NCBI GenBank assembly: GCA_965113315.1
Contig: OZ220373.1
Origin: Podarcis vaucheri
Lineage: Eukaryota
DNA length: 64,000 nt
Strand: one strand, 5' to 3'
Shown: one piece after another, positions 11,697 to 22,200 of the stretch
Layout: each line of letters begins with the position of its first letter
How positions within the stretch are numbered: position 1 is the stretch's first letter
Notes under the pieces: model-generated
Seen by the model: the letters and a program-made list of their open reading frames with translations, nothing else
Database searches by the model: none
Told to the model about the DNA's origin: nothing
Made by a program: the position numbers and the translations under genes

Positions 11697-13977
11697 GTAA
11701 GTGAATGGGTAGTTGGTTAAAATCCAGTTTTGCTTTAGATCAAGGATGGGGAACCTGGGACCCTCCTGATAATCATGGAATCATAGAATTGTAGAGTTGG
11801 AAGAGATCACAAGGGTCATCTAGTCCAACTCCCTGCAGTGCAGGAATCTTTTTGTCCAATGTGGGACTCAAACCCACAATCCTCAGATTACAGTAACAGT
11901 CTCATGCTCTGCTAACTGAGCTATGATGCTTGAGTACAACTCCCACCACCCCTGGCCATTGGCCATGCTGGCTGGGGCAGATAGAATCTAGCCTCACACA
12001 TTGGGGGGGGGGGTCCCATTATTGCCTTAGGTGTTTAGATCTACTCAATAGCTGAGTGGAGTAATTTGCTTTTTGTGTGCTATTACTGCTTTGTGATCAC
12101 TTTTCAGGACGGTGGGAAAAACATAGTTCTATTACTGCAGGCATGTCCAAAGTCCATTTCGGGGGCCTAATAGTTTACTTCCTGGGGTAAAATCCTAACC
12201 CCAACAACTTCAATCCTAAAAATATGTTAACTTTGGTTGGCCCTCATGGCCCTTCACTTCATCAAATCTGGCCCTCTGAAAAAAGTTTGGCTACCACTGT
12301 GTTACAGTTTTGCTGGTGCTAACCTTGATGGGGGGGGGGAGAGAAGAATTGCTACTTGGCACTTCTTGTTCCTGTCTCTTCTGTGCGGGGTGTACAATAG
12401 CTAAAATGGGCCTGTGACACTCATGCAGTTGAAAATACTTGAATGTTTGCAAAAGGTATAGTAACTGAGGTGGGTGTGAGGGAGGTAACTGATTCTTTTT
12501 TCTAGTTTCAAAAGATTTTTGAGTTCTGGGGAAATGACTCCTTGCAAATAGGAATTTTGGAGGGAAGATACTATGATTCCCTGCAACAACTGAGTAGCCA
12601 TTGTGCATTTATCATGCAAAAGGTAACAAAAAAAGTTGTCTGAGATGATGATAAATGTGCCTTTGGCCATTATAGCATATGCTATCTGAAAACATTAAAA
12701 TAACTAGGTAAATGCATTTGCCAAGTTACAATGTAGATACTAGTAAACAAATCTATGTGTACTGGATTATCAAAATGATGTTATTATGTACTGTATAGTC
12801 TGCTACTCTGTAATCTGCTACAGTTCTGTCATTCTTTTCTTCCAATCTCCAATTCAGTATAACAAATGGAGGGAAAACAACTCTGGCAAAAAGGCTTAAG
12901 AAACAGCTTCCAAACTGTACTATACTCTCTCAAGATGACTATTTTAAGGTAAACAATTAAAAGGACTTTATGAGTTAAAGTAGAACATCTCCAGGTTAGA
13001 AGCAGAATACAGTGTGCTTCCAAATGTTCAAGAAAAAGAATGTTATGGGAGGAGCTATGGGATGATTCTTGTCTATTCTGAACAGCTTCCTGTATTTTCA
13101 ACTTGCCATCTTGTATTTGTATTTTTATCACTTCTGTTTTTGATCTTTATCATCCTGGTCCATGCTGATTTTAGTTGGATTTAAATAATACTCTACTTTT
13201 TAATAACAGGAATGTGCATGCATGCACATTCTCAAAACTTACAGGATTTGGAGTTACAGTGGGACCTCAGGTTAAGTACTTAATTCGTTCCGGAGGTCCG
13301 TACTTAACCTGAAACTGTTCTTAACCTGAAGCACCACTTTAGCTAATGGGGCCTCTTGCTGCCGCCGCGCCGCCGGAGCCCGATTTCTGTTCTCATCCTG
13401 AAGCAAAGTTCATAACCGGAAGCACTATTTCTGGGTTAACGGAGTCTGTAACCTGAAGCGTATGTAACCTGAGGTACCACTGTACTTAGTATAGTATTAT
13501 CAGGAAGTTTACTGTTTGTTCTGACTTGAAATGTCTTGCTGTGTTCATTTAAAATTCTGAACAGTTCTGGGTGCTGCTACCTCTCACATTATTTGCCTTC
13601 CTATGCAGTGTTGTCAATTGTGTTGTTGCCATCTACCCCTAAAATTGCTGACTCCAGTACAGCTATGTATGATAAGAAGTCTAAATTCCCTTTCCCCCTT
13701 CAAATTGCCTCAACAATGCTAACGATATTGTTGTTGGTTTTTCTAGCCAGAATCTGAAGTGGCTGTAGATGACCATGGATTTTTGCAGTATGATGGTTAG
13801 TAGACTCAATACTTTTTAAAAGTCTGAGTTTTGTAAGCATCAAAGTAAGCAAAATTGTAATATTCAAAGAACCACTCCATTTCCAGCGAACATTTGTCTC
13901 TACAAATATTTTTGTATTTTTATTTTTGACTAGATATTTCTTCTTAAAATAGCAAAAGTGGCATGCTTGATGCCTTC

Positions 13978-14017
<40 letters not shown>

Positions 14018-17000
14018 AATGGGAACAGGATAAGCAGGAAAGAGTTCCAGTGGTTGAACAACTATGCAGCGAAGTGTTAAATCAAGCAATTCAAAAAAAT
14101 GATTACTATATATGAAGCAAGCTGCTATGCAGAAGGCAAAAATACCATTTATGCAGCCCAGATGTTGATTCCAGTGGATTGACTTTTTTTAAAAGCTTGT
14201 AGTCATATCTGTCAATGTTTCCCTTTTTTCAAGGGAAATTCCCTTATTCTGAATAGGATTCCTTGCAAGAAAAGGGAAAAGTTGACAGCTATGCTTGTAA
14301 TATGTCAATAAATGGACAGCAGCGAGGAGTCATTGCTGACAGTAATAGATGGAAGGTTTTAAGTTAGTGAATTCTAATAAATAGGAAGTGCATCGCAGCA
14401 CCTTGGGAAAATCCTGGGATTCTGCAGGAGTGTGACATCTGAATGAACGGGCTTTCACTTTCAAAATCAAGCAATTTGGTACTAGCAGGAAAATTCTACT
14501 TAACAAGAGACAGCAAAAGGGGATAGGAAGAGTAGATGCGTAAGGTATCTTTTTGATGTATCAGTTTTGGGTGAAAATATGTTGTTGCCGTCTCTTGGTG
14601 CCTCCTAATTCAACTGCAAAGGCTTGATTGCCTAACTGGATTCTCAGCTCCATTTGAAGTTTGGGGATTTCTTCAAGTAGCAGTTTTGCGGAACTAGTCA
14701 CAAATACATGCAAAGCATCTCCACAAATCAGTAATAGTGAACTCGGCTAAAACCGAGCAGGCATCTGGCTCAGTAACAGTTTAAACTGCACAACTATTTC
14801 CATATGATCAGTGCTATCTGGGCAAGATAATAAGTGAGCTTTGGAGTTAGTCAGATAATGCATTTTCTTGTTCGGGCATTGCAGGAAACTTTTACCCCTT
14901 TGTATTTCAAGTTAAGTTTAAACCAAACAGTGACATCTAGTGCATAAAAAAGTTCAAACTGAAGCTTGTTGGCTAACTTCCTCCACCCAGCTATTGCAGA
15001 ATTAATTGTAACCGGACATCCTGTGTGTTTGTGTGCGGACCATGTTCCTAGCAGCTAATCTTTCTTGCTGAAAAGAGGCGCTGATATTCCACTCCAAATC
15101 TATAATTCATTATACAAATTCTTACAAGTACAGTCCCCCTATACCAAACCAAAAACATTGTGTTCTCTTGGTATTGAATGGAAGCTATTTATCTGCCCTC
15201 TTTCCCTCCTCTGTTCTTTGTTCAATCACTTCATTTCCCACTCTTTGAATCTTCCTTTCAAAACAACTATGCCTGTTTTGAGAAAACTTCACAGATTTAG
15301 GAACTGGAGCACAATCATTTGATCTCTTTGCTGTTCCTCTATACTCCAAGCACTTCTCATTGGCACAGCCCTGGTTTCTCTCTCCAACTATTACCATTCT
15401 TGATTAACAACCATAAAATGCTCAAATTTTAGTTTATGCGACCGCTGCCAATACTGACTCCCAATGAAAATGAAAACAGCTACATTGCAATAGAATGTTT
15501 TTCCATTCTTTTCATTATATACCTCTAGCATTTTATTTTGCAGACTGTAATTGTTGCCTTTAATTTAAAGATAACATTGTCTCTTCTAGTACTTGATGCC
15601 CTGCATATGGAAAAAATGGTGGCAGACATACGCTCTTGGATGACAAACCTGCAAGACTCTGCACTGACAAGGCCACTGCATGATAATCAAAAGGGCGTAA
15701 AAGACACTCATGTCTTAATTGTTGAGGGCTTCCTTCTGTACAACTACAAGTAAGCAAGCTTAGCATGTTAAAGTAAAAATAATGCATACTGAATAAGCAC
15801 ATCATACTTGCTTCTTTATTATTGCAGGCCTCTCAGTGATATATGGAATAAAAAGTATTTCATAACAATTCCTTATGAAGAATGCAAGAAGAGAAGAAGG
15901 TACTGTGTTCTGAAAATCCTTGCCCAATATTATACTGTACTCTTTGTTCATAGCTGCATGTTCCCACACCTACATACTGCAATCTAATAAGGGAACTGCA
16001 AAGCAGATAACCAGCTCCATTCCCAGTTTGTTTTTTAAAAACAAACTTTTTCAGTTTTAGAATTACACAATTTGGAACAATGCACTGTAATTTTGAACAA
16101 TAAAAAATAATGATGATGCCTTGCAAAATTCTGGAACTGTATTATATCTCCAGGGAAATCACAGGTTCCAACACCACAAGTTCCTGTAAATCAGAGCCTC
16201 AAAATCTGGCAAAGAGACAGGTAAAGGCAGATTCTCTCTGCCCAGTCAGTGCAACAAACTTGGCAACTTAAATGCTTTTAACTTTGTACTGACTCGTGGT
16301 CTAAGAGAATGCTATGGGCTTTTTTAAAAAAAATACATTTATATCCCACCTTTTTTCCAAGGAGTGAAACATGGTGTATACACTTCTCCCCCTTTGAGAT
16401 ATGCATTTGGGTGTTTAAAGCCCTCTAATTGTTATGTATATAATTTGAACAATTTTGATCTCTGTGTATTTTTAGCTATAAGGAAACCATTAGTGCTGGT
16501 GTGCTAGCAAGTGGTGCCTTACTTGACACCAGAGGCCTTCGTTTCAAGCAGGCAAACTTTCTGTTTCTATATATTATAATATAATTTATTATATTATAAT
16601 ATAATAAAGCTAACATTGTTGCAGTACACAAACTGAAGAAAGAGCATGCTGCTCTTCTACCCTGTACTGTACTAGGCACTGCAATAAGTGAGTTTTGTTT
16701 TGCTTTGTAATGATTAGGTCTTTTCTCCAGGTTATAAATGCATGCCTTAATAATCTAGACTTTGGGTTTTCATTGAAAGAGCCCAACACAGTACGCTTAC
16801 TCCAGCAAGCCTTCTTTGAATTCAGTGGGGCTTAGTCCAAAATAGATCTATACAGAAGTGTAGCCTTGCGTTTCAATTTTTAAAACCATAGGTACATTGA
16901 GTCATAAGTCATAAAAGAAAGCAGTAGCGCTCATTTAAAATAATCATTTTTTAGATTAGGCTGTAAGCCGTTTAATAGCACATTCTACCTCACAATGTAC

Positions 17001-19663
17001 AATAGTGTTTCTAAAAAATCAACTTGCAATTAAAGCTTTTGGAGGATGCTTCGTGTCCCTGAATACATTAGGAAAATAGGAATCTGCCTTATACTGACTG
17101 AGTCAGACCATTGGTCTAGCTAGCTGACGGACAGCCGCTCTCCAGGGTTTCAGGTGGGGAAAATTCTCAGCTCTACTTGGAGGTGTCAGGGAATAAACCC
17201 AAGAACTTTTACATTCAAAGCATATGCTACACCACTGCGATACATCAGGACATGTATTAGTCTACCAGGACACAGGCTTGCTAAGGCTTTACTAAGGGTC
17301 TGAGGTCCTGTCCAGTACACCTGAGGAGGCGGCGGCTGTCACAAAATCAAAATCTGTGCTAGTAAAGTGGGTTAGAGGAATTTGCACCAAGTCTTTGGTA
17401 TTGGACACTTTGAGATTAAGTGTTTTCCTGAGTTTGAAGAAAGTACTGAAGAAACATTTTATTAAGAAGTTACCATGTTAATTAAAGATATAAATATTCT
17501 GTCAGCAGTAGATCAGTCCACTAGAGGCTTTTGATATTTTTGGATATAAATTCTTGTTAAGCAAGATCTTTGAGTAAAGCTTCTGTTCTTATATAGCACA
17601 CGAATTTATAACCCACCAGACCCACCTGGATACTTCGATGGACACGTATGGCCAATGTATCTGAAACATAAGAGAGAAATGGAAGAAAACGAAACTGGCA
17701 TCGGTATGGCAAACACATTTAGATATAATATATACAGTGGTACCTCTGGATGTGAACAGGATCTGCTCCAGAGCCCTGTTTGCATCCTGAGCAGAATGCA
17801 ACCAACGTCTGCGTGGGTCACGATTCGCCGCTTCTGCGCATGCCGCCATTTTGAGCATATGCGCATGTGGCGAAACCCGGAAGTAATGCATTCCGTTACT
17901 TCTGGGTCACCGCGAAGCACAACCCGAAAACGCTCAACCTGAAGCAACTTCAATCCGAGGTATGACTGTACATGTAGCTCATTCAAGTAGAGAATGCTTG
18001 CAAAAGTAGTGATATTACCTAGTTCAGGTTCAAAGGACTGGCTTTGTTGGTAGGGGTGGATTTTGAACTTTCAAATTTCAGCAGTGCCCTGTGCAAGGCC
18101 AAAATTTGGTGCCTTCCCACCTCATGCATTCTGTTTTGCTCAATTCACGACAGGCTCCCCTACCCCTTACTCATGATCAACGTGTGTGACTATGTATAAG
18201 CATGACACCGGGAAATAAATAAATGGCATGAGAGAGCTGGAGAGTCCTCATGAGGAGACCCTCCCCAGAGCCTGAAGAGGACCTCAGTGAGGGTGGAGGA
18301 AGCCCCAAAGAGACTGGAGGTGCAGTGGGACTTTGTTTAGGCTGCTCAGCATCCCCACCTAGACACTTACACGTGTAGTAGCCGCATTTCTGCACAGACT
18401 CCAGCCGGCCCCAGAGCTTCTAGTTGAAGAGAGTTGTGTGGAGAAGGTGAGAGTTGGAAAGCAGGAAAAAACAGGTCTTTTTTGACAGGGCTCCCTACTT
18501 ACAGAATTTTCACATACGTGAGTGGGGGCTTAGAACGTAACCCCTGCGTAAGGGGGGTTATCTGTCATAGTTATGATGCCCTGTAGCACCCCCTAGGCTC
18601 AGCGCCCAGTGAGGCAAAACTGGTTGCACTGCCCTAAATCCATCTCTTTTGTCAGAACGCTTCAGCATCTGTCTCATGGTAAACGTGGATGAGAAAGTGT
18701 GGGTATCTGAAGATGGATATTTAAAAAACAAAATAAAATTCTCTGTTAAATTCTCTGCTAAGCATGTGTACTCAGAGGTAAGTTCAGTTGAGTTTACTGG
18801 TAATTACTCCCTGGTAATGCATAAGATAGGGACTTTAGGTACCCTTTGCACTGTTAGTGTATATGTTTGTCTGCAGCTTTTTAAAAATTCACCTAAAAAA
18901 AGTCAGTACGGTGGTGCCTCGCAAGACGAAAAGAATTCGTTCCACGAGTCTTTTCGTCTTGCGATGTTTTTCGTCTTGCGAAGCACGGTCCGTCACAACT
19001 GCGCCTCTTCAAGCGGCTTTTTTTAAAAAGCGCAAGACGTTTTCGTCTTGCGAAGCAAGCCCATAGGGAAATTCGTCTAGTGAAGCAACGCAAAAACGAA
19101 AAACCCTTTCGTCTAGCGAGTTTTTCGTCTTGCGAGGCATTCATCTTGTGGGGTACCACTGTACATAAAGCTTATGTGAGTTGTGAATGCAATGTGGGTT
19201 GCACTGGAAGGTAGCCTATTGAAAATTTCTGGCTGTACTGAAGATGTTTTGACTACTTCACTGCTCCTCTTGCAGTTTATCTGGATGGAACTCAATCACA
19301 GGAAGACCTTTATTCAAGGCTATACAATGATATAACACAAGAACTGGAAAAGTCAAGTAAGTAGCTAGTGGAAAGTTGGTCTAAGAGTATTAGACCAACC
19401 TGCTCCTTCAGAGGGAGTACAACTCCCATCTAGGGCAGGCTGCCTGTCTGATTCGCAGAAATAGGAATCTCCAAGCCAGGAGGGATTCAATCTAACTTAA
19501 TTTGATGATATAACCTTTTTGTGATTCTGTCCAACTTGACATCTAAAAAATCTATAAAAACTAATGAGTGATTATAAAGAAGCTATAGCCCAGTGTTTGT
19601 GAATGTGTGTGTTTTTTCTCTTCCAACCTTTCAGATGATCGTGGTGCTATTGTGCATGTATAA
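11674..19663 (+). CDS. NMRK1: Nicotinamide riboside kinase 1; join(11674..11696,12858..12948,13747..13795,15590..15749,15828..15899,17597..17703,19276..19356,19635..19663), 203 aa
   Basis: Open spliced frame of 612 nt with P-loop GGITNGGKTT, SQDDYFK, VEGFLLYNY and PPDPPGYFDGHVWPMY; all introns GT-AG; synteny points to NMRK1 rather than NMRK2. Confidence 0.94.
11772..11924 (-). mobile_element. Second copy of the tRNA-Lys/CR1-tail SINE
   Basis: Reverse complement has the same head and tail, ending in ATTCTATG-like repeats. Confidence 0.72.
12138..12299. mobile_element. Degenerate hAT-like MITE
   Basis: CAGGCATGTCCAAA...TTTGGCTACCACTG ends, imperfect 8-bp flanks. Confidence 0.45.
12858..12948 (+). 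CDS. NMRK1: NMRK1 exon (ITNGGKTTLAKRLKKQLPNCTILSQDDYFK)
   Basis: Walker A motif; cag| and |gtaaac. Confidence 0.95.
13257..13482 (+). mobile_element. MITE family A copy
   Basis: 226 bp, TA flanks, highly similar to 1451..1676. Confidence 0.88.
13747..13795 (+). CDS. NMRK1: NMRK1 exon (PESEVAVDDHGFLQYD)
   Basis: tag| and |gttagt; homologous to PESEIETDKNGFLQYD. Confidence 0.93.
13979..14014. repeat. (AC)n microsatellite
   Basis: Direct read. Confidence 0.95.
14204..14293. mobile_element. Tiny hAT (Blackjack-like) MITE, 90 bp
   Basis: CATATCTGTCAA...TTGACAGCTATG ends; TSD CTTGTAGT/CTTGTAAT. Confidence 0.65.
15590..15749 (+). CDS. NMRK1: NMRK1 exon (VLDALHMEKM...LIVEGFLLYNY)
   Basis: tag| and |gtaagc; lies within ORF 15538..15753. 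Confidence 0.95.
15828..15899 (+). CDS. NMRK1: NMRK1 exon (PLSDIWNKKYFITIPYEECKKRR)
   Basis: cag| and |gtactg; preceded by a 78-nt intron. Confidence 0.95.
17597..17703 (+). CDS. NMRK1: NMRK1 exon (TRIYNPPDPPGYFDGHVWPMYLKHKREMEENETGI)
   Basis: tag| and |gtatgg; conserved NRK motif. Confidence 0.95.
17735..17968. mobile_element. pogo/Tigger-like MITE
   Basis: TA|CAGTGGTACCTC...GAGGTATGACTG|TA; 31 nt downstream of an NMRK1 exon. Confidence 0.8.
18909..19161. mobile_element. pogo/Tigger-like MITE family B (GCAAGACGAAA subterminal repeats), short form
   Basis: TA flanks, GTGGTGCC/GGTACCACTG ends. Confidence 0.85.
19276..19356 (+). CDS. NMRK1: NMRK1 exon (VYLDGTQSQEDLYSRLYNDITQELEKS)
   Basis: cag| and |gtaagt; homologous to VYLDGTKSEEDLF. 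Confidence 0.93.
19635..19663 (+). CDS. NMRK1: NMRK1 last coding exon (NDRGAIVHV*)
   Basis: Strong polypyrimidine acceptor tttcag|, correct phase, TAA at 19661-19663; peptide poorly conserved. Confidence 0.75.
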
Positions 19664-20257
19664 AGCCTTGGCCTCGATGAGAGCAATAACAAACCTCATA
19701 CATGAATATTTTAATATGTTCTGGCTAAAACAATGTTTTAAGAAGCTAACTGAAGCCCTTCCAAAGCAGCAGTGAACCGAGAGCGTACGTGACATTCTCA
19801 TGGATATGCTTTCCAGCTAGTTTATTTGGAGTTACTGTTCTTTTGCAATGGTGCCATCCATTTGGAATCAAAACCTTAAAACTTTCAGAGTTTACTAAGA
19901 ATGTTTGGACAGAAGAGAAATTACGTATCGTCTCATAGATGCTTTCTTCCAGGTGCAGTCTCTTCTCCTTGCTTAATGCAATAGTGAACCTAGCCACATC
20001 CACTGTCCTTTTCCTCCAACATAACAAAGGGGCAAACTTTCTATTACCCTACCTGCACCCCAGTGTTTTCCACTCTACTCTCCTGAATGCATCCTTTGTG
20101 ATACATCTGTTCCTCCAATGTGAGTGGCATTGCAAGCAAGGCATCCTTCAGTGGAGCATCAGGATACTTTTGTAAGGCTTGGTAACTTAAATATATTTTA
20201 GATATCTAAAATCTGCTTGCAGGAAGCTGATTTTTTTATTACAAAACAATCTTGTTT

Positions 20258-20263
20258 AATAAA
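20258..20263 (+). terminator. Candidate NMRK1 polyadenylation signal AATAAA
   Basis: Canonical hexamer about 600 nt after the stop codon. Confidence 0.5.
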
Positions 20264-21179
20264 AAAATTAATTCTGAATTACAGGCAAGTTGTCATGATA
20301 CATAACCTTATTGATTTTATTAAAAGGGGGAAACAATTACAGTAGAATGTAGTGAACTCTTTTTAGCACTGTCAGATACTCGGCAACCTAATAGACCATT
20401 GATAAGGGGTAAGAGAAATGACAATTATCTTCTCCGCAAGGCTGCCTAAAATCATACATGGTTTATAACTATGGGAGTCTATGAAAGAGACCAAGTCAAG
20501 TACATTACAAAAAAATCAAGAGAAACAAGCACCGGTCTTCATATACTTGTTTCTTAAATTGGTAGTGGCTAAAATATGCTCTGATGGAAATAGGGCTGAT
20601 CATTTAATGATTCCCCATCCCCTTGAATTCTGAATAGAGGCCAATAGGTATTTACCAATAGGTTCCACAAGGTTCAGCCCCAAGTTTGCAAAATGCGTTT
20701 TGCAATAGATAATTATTTTTTCTTTCACTAGTCCTGATGTATTTTGTAGCATAGTAAGAATATATATATATTAAAAACATAATACACAGATTGGTGGTTG
20801 GTATATGGTAGGACCAGCATTCTAGTGTCAGAGCATTGGAGTCTGTTACAGCCATAATACATTCTGTTCCCTCTTCCTATATGTACATAGTGGGATGCTG
20901 TTGTCATTAGGAAAAAATTAGGTATCTCGCATTGAAATAACAAGGACTGCAGCAGCTGTAGCTAGATAGATATTTTATTTATTTCATAAAATTTATACAC
21001 TGCTTGATTGTAGAAAAAACCAAGTCGATACTATTAAATACACACATACACACCAATTAACTTTCTCAGCTTTAGATGAAGGAAAATACATCACAATTTC
21101 CCCCAGAGGCCTATAATGCTTCTGTATCCAAAGCAGCTTTGGGAATCCATCCATTCGCACGACACTTTACTTGCTCGTG

Positions 21180-22200
21180 GACTTACCCCGGGCGCGCTTT
21201 TGGCCGCAGAGAAAACGCTGGAGCGAGTCTTCAGTCTGACCAGCCGGGCTCTTCCGAGGAGGCCCCGCTGCAACTGCAGAGCCCTTCCAGTTCCGTAGGG
21301 GGGGATTTCAGGGCCGGAACCCCGACGGCCGCGGTCCCCCCCCCCGGGCCTCTCCCTCGCCCGGCCCCTTCCGCGGGGCCTCGCTCTCTGCGGCGGCTGT
21401 TTGGGGGAGGCAGGCGGGATGCCGAGGTGGGCCCGCCAGGGAGGGAGCCGGGCGAGCCTGGTTCGCGGCGCCCGCTTCGCCTCAGCATCGCTCCCCGCCC
21501 TGAGGCAGCCGCTCGACCCCCGCCTGCAGAGGCGGCCCTCGACTCGCGAGCGGGTTGGGTGGCTCGTATCTTCCCGCGAGAATTCGTTGGGGCGAAGGGA
21601 GGGAGCCTCGCGGCGCAACGCGCTTGCGCAGTCTCGCAGATCTTTCTGCGCGTGCGCGCGCGGCCTGAGGCGGGAGGAGGAGCCGGCGCCGCCGTGCGGG
21701 CGTGAGGCGGCGGGTGGCGATGCTGAGGGCGGGCGCGCCCCTATGAAGCAGGAAGCGCGCGCCAGGAGCGCCAGCCGTTGGGCGTCGGGAGGAAGAGGGA
21801 TGTCGGCCGCCGCCGCCGCGTGCGCTCTGTCCCGGAAAAGGCAGCTGCAGCCGGCGGGGAAGGCGATGCGCCGGGGGGGCCGGAGGAGCGGGCCCGGCGG
21901 AGAGGCCGAGGAGGCGCTCGGCGGCGAGGGGCAGCAGGCGCAGCAGGCTCCGCAGACACAGCCGGCGGCGGAGGGCGGAAAGGAGGCGGCGGCGGAGGAG
22001 GAGGAGTTGGAGAGGGAGCACTTCCGCAGAATCATCAACGCCTTCCGTTACTACGGGTAACCGGCTCCCCCCCCCCCCGGCTGGGCCTCTGGCTCTCGAG
22101 TAGCGCCCGCCGGATCCACTGGCTGCCCAATAAGCGCGCCAGAGGGCGGTGGCGCCGCCATCCCATAGTACCAGGGGGGTGGCTCCTCCCAAGGAACCCC
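21180..22200 (+). promoter_or_regulatory. CpG island / CARNMT1 promoter and first exon
   Basis: GC/CpG-rich; TTCCCGCGAGAA (E2F/CGCG-type) and TGCGCGTGCGC (NRF1-like) motifs; edges approximate. Confidence 0.8.
21866..22056 (+). CDS. CARNMT1: CARNMT1 exon 1 (MRRGGRR...[16 protein letters not shown])
   Basis: Donor GG|gtaacc; 5' end uncertain. Confidence 0.88.
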
